Positions 53,503 through 64,000 of a DNA stretch of 64,000 nucleotides are shown one piece after another; position 1 is the stretch's first letter; each line of letters opens with the position of its first letter. The notes below the pieces were generated by a model. It worked only from the letters and a program-made list of their open reading frames with translations. It made no database searches and had not been told where the DNA came from. The translations under genes and the position numbers were made by a program. Source of the DNA: Guillardia theta CCMP2712 (lineage: Eukaryota > Protista > Cryptophyta); NCBI RefSeq assembly GCF_000315625.1, contig NW_005434510.1, forward strand, positions 1 through 64,000, read 5' to 3'.

Positions 53503-54754
53503 CTACGAGGTTTCGATTTTAGCGGTTGCATAGTAGTCTGAGAATCCAACATCTGAGTCCGAATCGTTCCCCATGTTCAAAACGCTTCCATGATCGGAAG
53601 GCGGCGACAGGCGAAGGAAGCCTCTTGCTGTTGCCTCATCAGGAGTATCACTCTCCAATCCTTCTTCATCCTGTTGCTGATCGACAAAAAATAAGTTCTT
53701 CATCATTCATCTTTGATCTTTACCTCGTCTTGAGCTGAAACCAAATAGATGTCCAAAGGCCCATCCTTTGACTGCAAGTAGATCTGATACTTCTGTCGAT
53801 CTCGCTCAGGAAGATGCTCTGGATATGGGACGGCGATGGTCGTCCCGCTAGGCGCCTTGATCGCGATTACTGTCTGATCCTTGAAAGCAGGGATGTTGCG
53901 AATGTCCTCATCAGTCACGTACGCCCGAGATCGAAAGTTCGCATCATTCTGCATCAAGCAGGTGAGCAAATGACACAGGGTGCATCAAAAGAATGCAGCA
54001 AGAAGCAATCTAGCAAGAGCGCTGATACCTGCTGTATGACGAACTCTCGATTAAGAATATCCATGTACGAATCAAGCTCCTTCGAGCGGGCTTCCAGCAT
54101 TCGCAGCTTTTCTTGCAGATCTTCAACTCCCTCATGATCAGTGCCATCCCCCTCACCACACCTGTGAGGAGCTCAACAACACAAGAAAGCAAGTGTGAGC
54201 CAAGACAAGACAACGTACCCTTTCCATTGGATGTTGTTCTTAGACTTCTTCTCTATCAAACCGATCCCCTCCAAGACATTCGTGATGTCGTAGATTCTTC
54301 GTTTCTGCACAGAAGCAGCAAGTCAAATGGCAATGATTTAGCATGGCACATGGCACAGCACCTGGACGAGGAGCTTTCCAGCGGCAGTGTTGAGATCAAT
54401 GATGCCGTCCGGGGCATCTTGCACCAACGACACAAACTTCTTAGTGAGTGTTCCAAGCGAACAATCATTTCTGCTTCCCCCTAGTGCAAGAGTTACTTGT
54501 ATGACCAAACATTCATGAAGATCGAAAAGGGGCTAACCGGAAGGATCATTTCGTGAAGGAGTATTCCCTTTCTTCAGTGGGGAAAAGTAAAGAGTCAGAT
54601 CATCCATTTGCTAGCGTGTGAAGGATCTGTAGTGACTTCTCACCTTCCTTTTCGAAGATGAAGGCGACTCATCCACCAATCCGTAGTCCCCGCATGCATC
54701 ATCCGCACCCAAGTCCTCATCCTCGGTTTTGACTTGCCTTTTCATGGGCCCCAT
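53503..54754 (-). CDS. E2F: E2F transcription factor
   Basis: [10 protein letters not shown]...IDLN; [28 protein letters not shown]; AYVTDEDI...[10 protein letters not shown] marked box. Confidence 0.95.
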
Positions 54755-55539
54755 CGCAGCAGCGACTTGCTGCTAATAACTATGCCGAAAACGAGAAAAC
54801 AGCAGAAATAGGCGACACGCAAAGAACGGGGATTTCTTACACGAAAGTAAGAGAGGATATCAATGCAGAGATGCGATCATTACCTTCAAGACAAGCCCTT
54901 GTATTCCCCTCTTTGCAAGTACACGACGAGAAGAGGATCTTGGACGATGTTTCTTGACCAGAGGGAGAAGAAGAGTCGATGTCTTGCTGGAGTGACGGGG
55001 AGAAGCAAGCAAGAAGAAGATCGAGGAATCAGAGCAGGAGCTAGAGAGAAGCGTCTGGCGGAAACGTCGCCTCAATGCTTCACGCTGACTGCAGCGGGAG
55101 CATACTGGCGGGCATCCTCTACTCAACTTTTAAAAATCACCAAAGTTCTTATAAACCCAGTACCTCCATACATCAAAATTATATTTATTTTCTACTGGAT
55201 TATCGACATGAGGGCGAGTTTCGGTACAACGACAGCCACTCGAGTTTTAAAATATAATAATATAGAATAATAAAAAGAAATATCCTTCTTCGACTCATTT
55301 TTCAATACAAGCAGAGTTCCTTTGTACTGGTTGAAAACGAGCGTTTCGGAATATCTTCTCATAATATATATAATATTTAAAAATATTGATTACCATGGTA
55401 GTTTGCCGACGAAAAAAGATATATTCTTTTATAAATTACTTATTTTGTTTTGCGTACGGTTTAATAACGAAAAATCTTCATTTTAAAGGCTCTGAGGCGA
55501 ACTTCCAAAACTTGCTCCACCCCTACCAACGTACCCTGG

Positions 55540-55643
55540 CACCACCGGGACCACCACCACCACCACCACCACCATCACCATCACCACCACCACCACCACC
55601 ACCACCACCACCACCACCACCCCACCACCCCCACCACCACCAC
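55540..55643. repeat. (CAC)n microsatellite
   Basis: Direct read. Confidence 0.9.
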
Positions 55644-56607
55644 GAATCTGGATTGGGCCATTCTTGCTACCCCACCCCCACTTCACAGACACCCCACCCA
55701 CCCTTCGAGCTGCCGCTACTCATCAGGATCAGGCTTTGTGCGACGGTCCTCTGGCTCGGACGGGACTGGAGGCTAGTGGGTCCTAGGAGAGTCTTAACAA
55801 CTTCAATAGCCCTTCAGCGGGGATCATCGATCCGATGATCCGATTATTGAAGGCGTGAAAATATATGATAGCCGCTTTCACTTTCGGGAGTTAAAATAGC
55901 CTGACCGTCGCCGTCGGACAGTGATGCGGCGGCGGCCACGGCGCAGCACCGGGCCGCGCGGCCGCTCCGGGCGCGCGGGCGCGCGGCTTCCGGCGATCCG
56001 GCCGGCCGGGCCGGCGGCTGGCCCCGGGATCATCATAGCACTGCGGCATACCGACGGTACTCACTACCCGGCGTCATTAGTCGGATAGTATCATCATCGG
56101 ATCATCGGATTCCGAGTCAGCTTACTCCGAAGTGCAAGGCCCCGGAGTCCGAGTCGGACTACGGTCCGGAGCCCGGTCGGTCACGGGTCAGTGCCAGCCA
56201 GTGCGGCTCAGCGGCCGCCGAGTCCCGGCGGCCCTGCCGGGCCGCCGGGTACGGTATACTCGGGCCAGGCGCCGACCCGGTACCGTACCGTACGGTCGGA
56301 CTCAGCGGCCTACGCGCCGGCTGGTCACGGGTCACCGGGTGGCGGCCAACGCGGCGGCCGCGGAGGGCCCGGCTGTGACTCAGGCTTGCCCGGCACCGGA
56401 CGGTGCCGCTGCAGTGCGGCAGGCCGGGCCGGCCCGGGCCGCCGGGCCGCAGTCACGCCGCACGCCGGGCCGGGGTGATTTTAACTAGTAATACGGTAGT
56501 ACCGCCCCGCTCCGGGCCGAGCAGAACTTAACTTCGGAAGCTGTTCGGAAGGCTCAAATGACTCGAAGGTGAGGCGAGCTCGTAGGTCCCACTTGTAAGG
56601 GCGCGTC

Positions 56608-57361
56608 ATGTTGCTTCGGGTCACAAGCGCTATGGCGCTGATCGGAGCGGCCTCTTCGTTCATGATCAGCCTTCCTGCTCCTTCACACACATCTTGTCTC
56701 ACCACTGTATGCTCTGTTGTGTCTCCCAATCCTTCCCAGCCCTCGTTTTCCTCCTCCAGGAGATCCATCGTCGCTGGGATCTTGAGCGTAGGGGGTGCTT
56801 TTCTTGCTGGCCCTGTTCTTGCGGAGGATCGTCCAAAAATCCCAGAGGATCAGATGATAAAGCCTCCGTCAAACAGCTGCGCCCAGGGTAAACTCCTTGC
56901 TGCATCCCGCAATCATAGATTTACCATCGTCCCAGCCCGCTGATCGTTGACGTTTCCAGGGGTTGGTGGCAAATGCGAGGAGCTTGCAGAGGGAAACCCG
57001 CTCATCATGGAGCTTCAGAAGCGATCTGCAGCAAACAGGTAGAAATTTGGTGATACCGCCGTCATTTTTATCGTCAAGGCAGGTTGAAATACCAAAAAGA
57101 GGAACTTGAAAGCTACTGGTAACCTCGCGCCTGTCTCCTATTTGCACTTTTAGAATAACCACCTTAATCGAAGGAACCGCAACTACAAGGACTTCTTCGA
57201 CAACTCGTGCACTGCTCAGAATCGCAAGGTGGTGAAAGATCTGATAGTTCGTGTCGCTGAGTTCCTTCCCCTGGCAGTGCAATTTTGTCCAGCGCGAAGA
57301 TGGAACCTGGGCGGTGATCGACAAGGACAGTACAATTCCCTTGAAGAGCAGCAAACAATGA
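56608..57361 (+). CDS. Small plastid thylakoid-lumen protein, PsaN-like motif
   Basis: Tripartite presequence: signal + ASS-F, then SRR...hydrophobic...VLA. Spliced mature part LQKRSAANR/EKYQKEELESYW/NRNYKDFF. Confidence 0.65.
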
Positions 57362-59578
57362 AGTGTCACTAGTATGCGAATCAGGCCATGAAGGCGATGC
57401 AGAAAATGATTTATTCGCGGGTGATGATCATCATATAAAGCGTTTCAACAAACATTCAAATATTTACGATCCGTCCTCAGGAATTCCAAACCTGCCGAAC
57501 ATTATAGGTCAGATATCAGAGTCGCTGCATTTCTCCATCTCAACCTATCAATCTTGCCCTTCTTGATGTTCTTCGGATTGGGACGTCCACCTGAAAAAGC
57601 CAAATCAATCAACATGTCCTCAGCAGTACAACATGGAAATATCCCGTCACTCACATTCCTTCCAGCGTGTCTCACATCCATGCAACGCAGCGTATCGAAG
57701 CCTGTCCGAGATGTCGTTGTTGGCTGCCTCCTTTGGAAGAAAAGAGCATCAATACACAAAAGAGTGGTCAAAGACATAAAACATGCGCAAATCAGCAAAA
57801 CTCGAGATCAGCAGTCAAAGTCACATAATAACTTGACAGTGACGCATATCAACCAAGGTGTGTGAGCCACAACAACATCTCGCCCGGAAATTCAGAAGCA
57901 ACCATGAAAATCAAGCATGCACATGTGTTGAATTTTGCATGAACCTTCTCCCTTTCTCTTCAACAATTCTGCAGCATCTCCAACCTTGCCTCGAATCTAT
58001 CTGCCTCAACACTCTGTCGAAATCCTTCTAACATTATCATGAACACGATCATCCATCAGTCAAAACAAAGGCCTACGAAATACAACACTTTCTCTTCCAG
58101 TTATTGCCCTTCTCCTCGTCGCCCTTCTCCTCAGGATGATTCTCATCGATACCAACATAGCATCAGCAGAAAGGTAATTCATAACATATATGTATCATAA
58201 ACATCAGCATAACTTTGAATCATCTTGCTCTTCAAGCGATCTATGTTGACGATCACAGCAATCTACGATATTTGATATGCGAGTGGTTGTAACGAAATGA
58301 TTCCACATAGGAAATCCAATTGTGCTGCTTGTTGAACACCATTGTTCCCTACAGCAATCAGGATCCATATCATAGTTGGCGGCATAATTGAATCAGCATG
58401 ATAATCGCCCGCAACACCGACCTCCATTTGATCATAGATATCAATGGTGAACACCTCTAAGACTTCACCATCTGTTCTATACTACCCCCTCATTCTCTCT
58501 CCCTGTACCGTCTTTTCTCTATCTGTCTCCTCGTGCTTTGCTGCTTGTTCATGTTCTCCCTCTCCTCCCGTCCTCCTTCCTCTTCTTACTTGTCTGTAGG
58601 GGTTGCTCGCGCCTTTCAGCACATCAAACATGGCGGCTCCTCCTGACCCCCGGACCCCTTCGTTTCTTCTCATGACCCTGCGTCCCTGGAGTGGGGTGGT
58701 GATAGTATTTCTATAAACATGTATTTGACTGAAATAATGTATATCAATTAGTACTATAATAAAAGATTAAACTTTTATGATACCAAAAAGAAGCATATGG
58801 GTGGGTGATTTATTGTTATCCATCGTGTTCTAATTTGGGGTCGTCGTTGAGGCACACTTGGAAATTCAACCACGGGCACACCCCATCTATGGTACCCCCT
58901 ACCCTTTTATATTGTGACCTACCCATTGATTCAACTCTCAACAACCTTTCAAAAGACGGGTGTATAAAGTACCCTAGAGGGGTCATTTAAGAAAAACCTG
59001 TACCCCCACCCTCCCTGAAATGGATCAACTTAGTCCTGGAATCCCGTCGGGCCGGCCGGGCCGCATTGGGCCTGAACTTCATTTCGGGCTCAGAGGCCGT
59101 GTAGCACAGCTAGTACATGTGCATGGGCGCATAGCTAGCAATAGAGCATCGATGCTGTACCGCTGCCAATGGTGTGTGCGACTCTTTGACATGAGTCGCC
59201 TGCTCCTCCTTCCCTTCCTACCATTACTAGTCCTCACCTCTTCCTTCCCTTGCTACCAATATTAGTCCTCACCTCTTCCTTCCCTTCCTACCACTACCAG
59301 TCCCAATCCTCGTCCTCCTTGCTATCCTCCTCGAGCACCTTCCCGTCATCTACCTTAACCATCTACACCTATAACACCAACTCATTGTAGTTATTAATTT
59401 CTCATCCTCCTTTCTCTTCTGCCTCCTTCACGTTTGCTCCACCCTCCTCACGGCCCCACAATACTCAGATTCTCGTCTCCCAACACCCGCTCCCTATATC
59501 TCATCGCCCGTGCGTTTCCTTTGTCTCAATTTCTACATCCTCCGTTTGATATATATCATAAGTGTGAACAAGCAGCCA

Positions 59579-61381
59579 ATGTTCACAGCAAGGCTCTTGT
59601 TTTCCTGCCTTGTTCTCCTTATCAGCAACACACGGGAACCGCATGCTTTCTCTCTTGGCACCCTCAGAGAACCAGGAGGGAGCTCCAAGGTCTACTTTGC
59701 TGCTCTACGAGGAGGGAGAGGGCAAGACGAGTCAGCATCGTCTCCCTCCTCCTCTGATTCCGCTGGTGAAGAAATGAACACCGGTAAGCACATGGCCCGG
59801 ACGACAAGGCGGCAAACCACCAAGAAGCAGGTGAACATCGTGAGCTGGGACGCTGTGCAGGACAGGGAGAAGAGGAGAGCCAAGGAGCCGCAGGCAGACG
59901 TTCGTGTCCTCCTGAAGAACCAGAGCGCGACGTTGGGCATCACCCCGTCTCAGCTGGAAGTGCTTCCTAAGAGTGCCTTGATCAAGCACGCGAGGGAGAG
60001 AGGAATCGTTGTGTCGGGGGAGAGCTTGTCGAACAGCAACGTGCGGGCAGCGCTGCGGCCATACCTTCCCTCGGGCAAGGAGCTCAAGGAGCTGCTGAGA
60101 AAGGTCAAGGACAAGAAGAAGATAGTGGGAGACGACGCGAAGAAGACGAGGAAGTCCAAGTATCAGTCCTCCAAGTGGGAGAGGGTCAATGGAGAGCTGG
60201 TTGAGGTGAGCGTCTACGGGCCCGGGGGACCGACAGACTCGGACTTTGTGCAGCTAGCGAAGCAGCACGTGGACGAGAAATTCAGCGAGGAGGAGCTGAC
60301 CCGGAAGAAGAGAGCAGAGCTGGTCCACGAGTGGGCGGAAAGGTTCAGCGGGGAATACTTCAGGATGGTCTACTCCGGAGAGATTAGTCCGACAGGGCAG
60401 CCGAGGGATACGTGGGAGAACGGAACGGCTCCAGAGTGTCTGGATGTGTGGGGTGCGGCGGCGGATCCGACGGGGATTATGGTCGAGTTGAACGATGAGG
60501 AGGAGGCGAAGGATGAGGAGCAAGTCGAGTACAACGCAGTCAACAACCTTGTGAAGGCGACGGGGGAGAGGCCTGCTGTACTCCCAGCAGAGAAGGAGGG
60601 TTACGAACGCTGGGCTGCCCTGGAGGACAAGGACTTCTCGGTGTACAACACCAAGGAGCTGAACGAGCGGCTGCTGCTGGCAGCGAAGGAGGCCGATGTC
60701 GTGGCGGTGAATGTGCTAGTGCAGGCAGGGGCAAGAGTTAATTGCCGGGGAAAGGAAGGAGGAGGAATGCCTCCCCTCGCCATCGCCGTCGTTAGCGGCA
60801 ACTTGCCCGTCGCGAGGCGCCTGCTGCAGCTCGGGGCCAACGTCTCCACCAGAGTCGAGCTGAGAAGTTCCCTCCTGCACCTGGCCTCGGGGATGGGGAA
60901 ACCGGACATGGCAGAGCTGCTTGTCAGCTACGGGGCAGAGCTTGAGGCCATCAACTATGGGGGCTGGACGCCTGCCCACTGCGCAGCCCTCCTTGGTCAC
61001 TTCCGCTACGTCAAGCAGCTTGCCCAGCTCGGTGCCAACTTGAGTGCGGTGTCTGTGTATTCTAGGGAAACGCCAGCGCAGCTGGCAAGGAAGGCAGGGC
61101 TGGAGCGAACAGCAGAGGCAATAGAGCTGCTGGAGAGGCTGCTGGAGGAAGGAGTCATTCCGAGGCAGAAGGTAACGAAGCTGCGCCCGAGCTCGCCGCA
61201 GCCCATGGAGTCGTCGGAGGACGAGGACGAGCAACTTTCCCTGGGTATCTCGGACGAGACGTACCTGCAGGCTATGCCTAAGAAGGAGCTCGTCAACCGG
61301 GAGGAGGGAGAGAGAGTGTTACAGGAACTTGAGGAGACGCTAGATCAGGCGCTCATGTCCCCTCAACTCGCATTGCAGTGA
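59579..61381 (+). CDS. Ankyrin-repeat protein with signal peptide, uninterrupted ORF
   Basis: PPLAIAVVSGN; SLLHLASGMG; GWTPAHCAALLGH; ETPAQLA. Confidence 0.88.
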   Translation: MFTARLLFSCLVLLISNTREPHAFSLGTLREPGGSSKVYFAALRGGRGQDESASSPSSSDSAGEEMNTGKHMARTTRRQTTKKQVNIVSWDAVQDREKRRAKEPQADVRVLLKNQSATLGITPSQLEVLPKSALIKHARERGIVVSGESLSNSNVRAALRPYLPSGKELKELLRKVKDKKKIVGDDAKKTRKSKYQSSKWERVNGELVEVSVYGPGGPTDSDFVQLAKQHVDEKFSEEELTRKKRAELVHEWAERFSGEYFRMVYSGEISPTGQPRDTWENGTAPECLDVWGAAADPTGIMVELNDEEEAKDEEQVEYNAVNNLVKATGERPAVLPAEKEGYERWAALEDKDFSVYNTKELNERLLLAAKEADVVAVNVLVQAGARVNCRGKEGGGMPPLAIAVVSGNLPVARRLLQLGANVSTRVELRSSLLHLASGMGKPDMAELLVSYGAELEAINYGGWTPAHCAALLGHFRYVKQLAQLGANLSAVSVYSRETPAQLARKAGLERTAEAIELLERLLEEGVIPRQKVTKLRPSSPQPMESSEDEDEQLSLGISDETYLQAMPKKELVNREEGERVLQELEETLDQALMSPQLALQ

Positions 61382-61475
61382 CCCGACGACTCCTCTCCTC
61401 TCCTCCTCCACCTGAAGGAAGAGAGGAGAGGTGAATGCTGCGTGCTGGTCACGAAGGACAAGGACGGCCAAGGGT

Positions 61476-61507
<32 letters not shown>

Positions 61508-61514
61508 TCGCTGC

Positions 61515-64000
61515 TCACGTTGTACGGCTACGCAGCTGAACCGAGTGACAAGCTTTCAGAATGGGTTGAGACTGTGAGGGTTGGGTGTCGGGTAGGCAAG
61601 GAGGAGGAGGAGGAGGGGGAGGAGGAGGAGGAGGAGGAGGAGGAGACTTGTTGCCCTAATACCATCGTCTTGGACTTCGTCTCACTTCGAGTGTATGTGC
61701 TTGGAGGACAGGAAATGACGACTTGAGCTTCCCTCATTCATTCTTCCCCTTCCTTATCATCCCTCTCACCTTGCTCAAGAACGCTCCCTCTCTCGCCCGA
61801 ACGACGAGGCCGCAAAGGATCAGCAAAACAACTCCGACAAGAATGTGCACGAGGAGGAGATGCGGGCGTATTGCTCCACGTCCTGCTCCATAGTTAGTCC
61901 AACATCCATATCATCATCATCTTCATCACAATCATCTCCATCGCCTCCATCACCTCCTCCTCCTCCTCCTCCACCTCCACCACCACAATCATCTCTTTTT
62001 CCATCTCCGTCATCCACAACAATGGCAGCACCAAGCAGTAGCGATTCTGAGAGCAGGGCGATGGCCCCGCAGCAGACGAACGTAAGAGAGGAGGAGAACC
62101 CTGGCAGGAGCATCCTCCCGGAAAATTTAATCTGCTCTACAGTCAGTGAATCAATTCCTTGCCTTCCTTTCCTCCCTTGCTCCTGCCTCCCCTCATTCCT
62201 CATCCTCCCCTCCTTCCTGCTCCTCCTCCCTCTGTCACCTTCCCTGACGAGGATTCGAAAAATGAATGAGCATGAGCGATGCTCAGGGCAATCCTCATCG
62301 TCTGTCTTATCGTCAGGGTAGAACCAGGGATGGAAGTAGAGGTGAGAGGGAGAGCAGCACAAGAAGGAGAGGAGGGGCGGGAGGAAGAGGAGGAGTACGT
62401 CGACGTGGAGAGAGCAGGAAGAGAAGAAACGGACAACTGAGGGGGAAAAGGAGGAAGGACGAGTGGAGGAGGGTGTAGGAGTGGGGAGCAGCAGGAGCGC
62501 GAGGCGCACGGGGGGGGGAGCTACCATGTTGACACAGTTGCCGATGATCAGAGCTTTCACTCCTGCGCTCCCTCAGACGCTGACCGGCAAGGCACATGCT
62601 CGACCTAGAGTCGGAGCAAGCAGAGAGGCGAGGAGGAGGTACCCTCCTGTGACGGGGACGAGACGGAGCCCCCGTGCTCGGATCTAGGGGTAGCAAGTGA
62701 TGCGGGAAAGAGCGTGAGGAGGTGGAAGGAGAGAGGGAAGGGCACGAGAACGGCAGGGAAAGTGTTGACAGTGGAGCAGGAGAAGCAAAACAACAGTGAG
62801 AAGGAGGAGGGTGGCTGGTGGAAGTGGCGAAAGTCATTGAGGGCGTAGACGAGGAGCAGGAGGAGCAGGAGGAGCAGGAGGAGCAGGAGGAGCAGGAGGA
62901 GCAGGAGGAGCAGGAGGCAGCAGGTGCAGGAGCAGCAGGTGCAGGAGGAGCGGGAGGAGCGAACCTGCGCGGGAGTTGCACTTGCATGCGTGAAAGCCTC
63001 AGTAACGCCATTGAGCGCAAGCAACATGACGTAAAGGCTACGGGAGAGGAGGTGAGACCGGTCCCCTCCGCAGCTCCTACCCACCTGTACCACCCCAGGA
63101 TGCCGGGCATGTCCGTACTGCTCCATTTGACTCCGTAGAGGATGTGGACCAGCCTGCTGGGCAGTGAGCTGGAGTCTTCCTGAGGAAGGGACGCCAGACG
63201 CAAAGGAGTAGCCCTGGCCGAAGGAAGCGACGAGCAGTCCAATGAAAACAACGAGCTGGGAGAGGACGGAGAAAACCTGAGGGGAAGGAGTCACAAGGGT
63301 TCTAACTGCCAATTGCTCCTCCCGCCATCCTCCTGCCTCTGTTCCTCCTCTCAGCCTTCCTCTTCCTCCTCCTCATCCTCTTCCTCTTCCTCCTCCTCTT
63401 CCTCTGTCCCTCCTCTCAGCCTTCCTCCCTCCTCCCTCCTCCTCCTCCTCCTCCTCCTCCTCCTCCTCCTCTTCCTCCCTTCTCCCTCCTGATCTCCTTG
63501 CGATTCCTCCCTCACATTCCTCGTGTTTCCCTCGTTCTCTCCATCCTCACCTCAAGCGCCTCATCGAAGTCCTTCGAGCTCAGCAGCTTGCTGAATGCGA
63601 GCTGGGCGAGAAAGTCAAGGGAGAACAGAAGCATGACGTGATCGAAGAGGGGAGGAAGACGAGGCAGAGGACGAGAACAGGAATATGGAGGTCAAAGGGA
63701 ATGACTGGGAGGAAGAAGGGGGGGAGGAGAAGCAGCAGCAGGAGCAGCAGGAGGAGCAGGAGCAGGAGGAGCAGGAGCAGGAGGAGCAGGAGGGGATGAA
63801 TGAGCAGCAGCAGCAGCAGCAGTAGCAGCAGCACCTGTGCCATCTCCTCAAGGGGGAGGAAGACAAGCCTCACAGCGAGCGACCCCAAGTTCTTCCTCGT
63901 CCTGTCAGTGACTTCCTGCAGATCTCAGCTGCTCACCTGCACGATGCCGTACATGGCCCACGTCTGAGACTCGAAGAGCCCTAGCAGGATCTGAGGACAG
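61515..64000 (-). CDS. RFT1: RFT1-family lipid-linked oligosaccharide translocation protein (5' end outside the window)
   Basis: NLGSLAVRLVFLPLEE; GLLVASFGQGYS; LYGVKWS; LYVMLLALNGVTEAF; LIIGNCVNM. Confidence 0.88.

Noticed and set aside
57363-58675. Possible minus-strand multi-exon gene
   Set aside because: I could not build a consistent spliced frame or recognise a motif.

Overview
Eukaryotic nuclear DNA, most likely a cryptophyte alga such as Guillardia theta. This is inferred from the short introns, the signal-peptide-plus-Phe complex-plastid presequences and the TTTAGGG repeats. The window has two compartments. (1) 40-~9100: about 17 copies of CCCTAAA join directly onto an AT-rich, intronless, virus-like segment. 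Its three annotated ORFs read as ONE ~8.16 kb (~2,720-codon) fibre/adhesin-type gene, broken by a single +1 frameshift and a single in-frame TAA, and ended by telomere repeats that continue in register from a TTCAGGG seed. A G-rich non-coding region with a 23-bp inverted repeat follows. No capsid, polymerase or integrase gene is present, so the virus class cannot be fixed. (2) ~10.7-64 kb: host genes, mostly intron-rich: AsnB, plastid phosphate translocator, chloroplast sensor kinase, UBX, PX, ZIP transporter with an inserted WW-like domain, CDC20, ATG22-like MFS, Tudor-containing protein, DBR1, PP2C, E2F, PsaN-like lumen protein, ankyrin protein and RFT1. The main unexplained pattern is a recurring intergenic architecture. 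Clusters of (T/C)ACCC are predominantly C-rich on the + strand, the same polarity as the telomere array, whatever the orientation of the neighbouring genes. They are usually paired with palindrome-rich GC islands. Exon boundaries were read by eye and are approximate.
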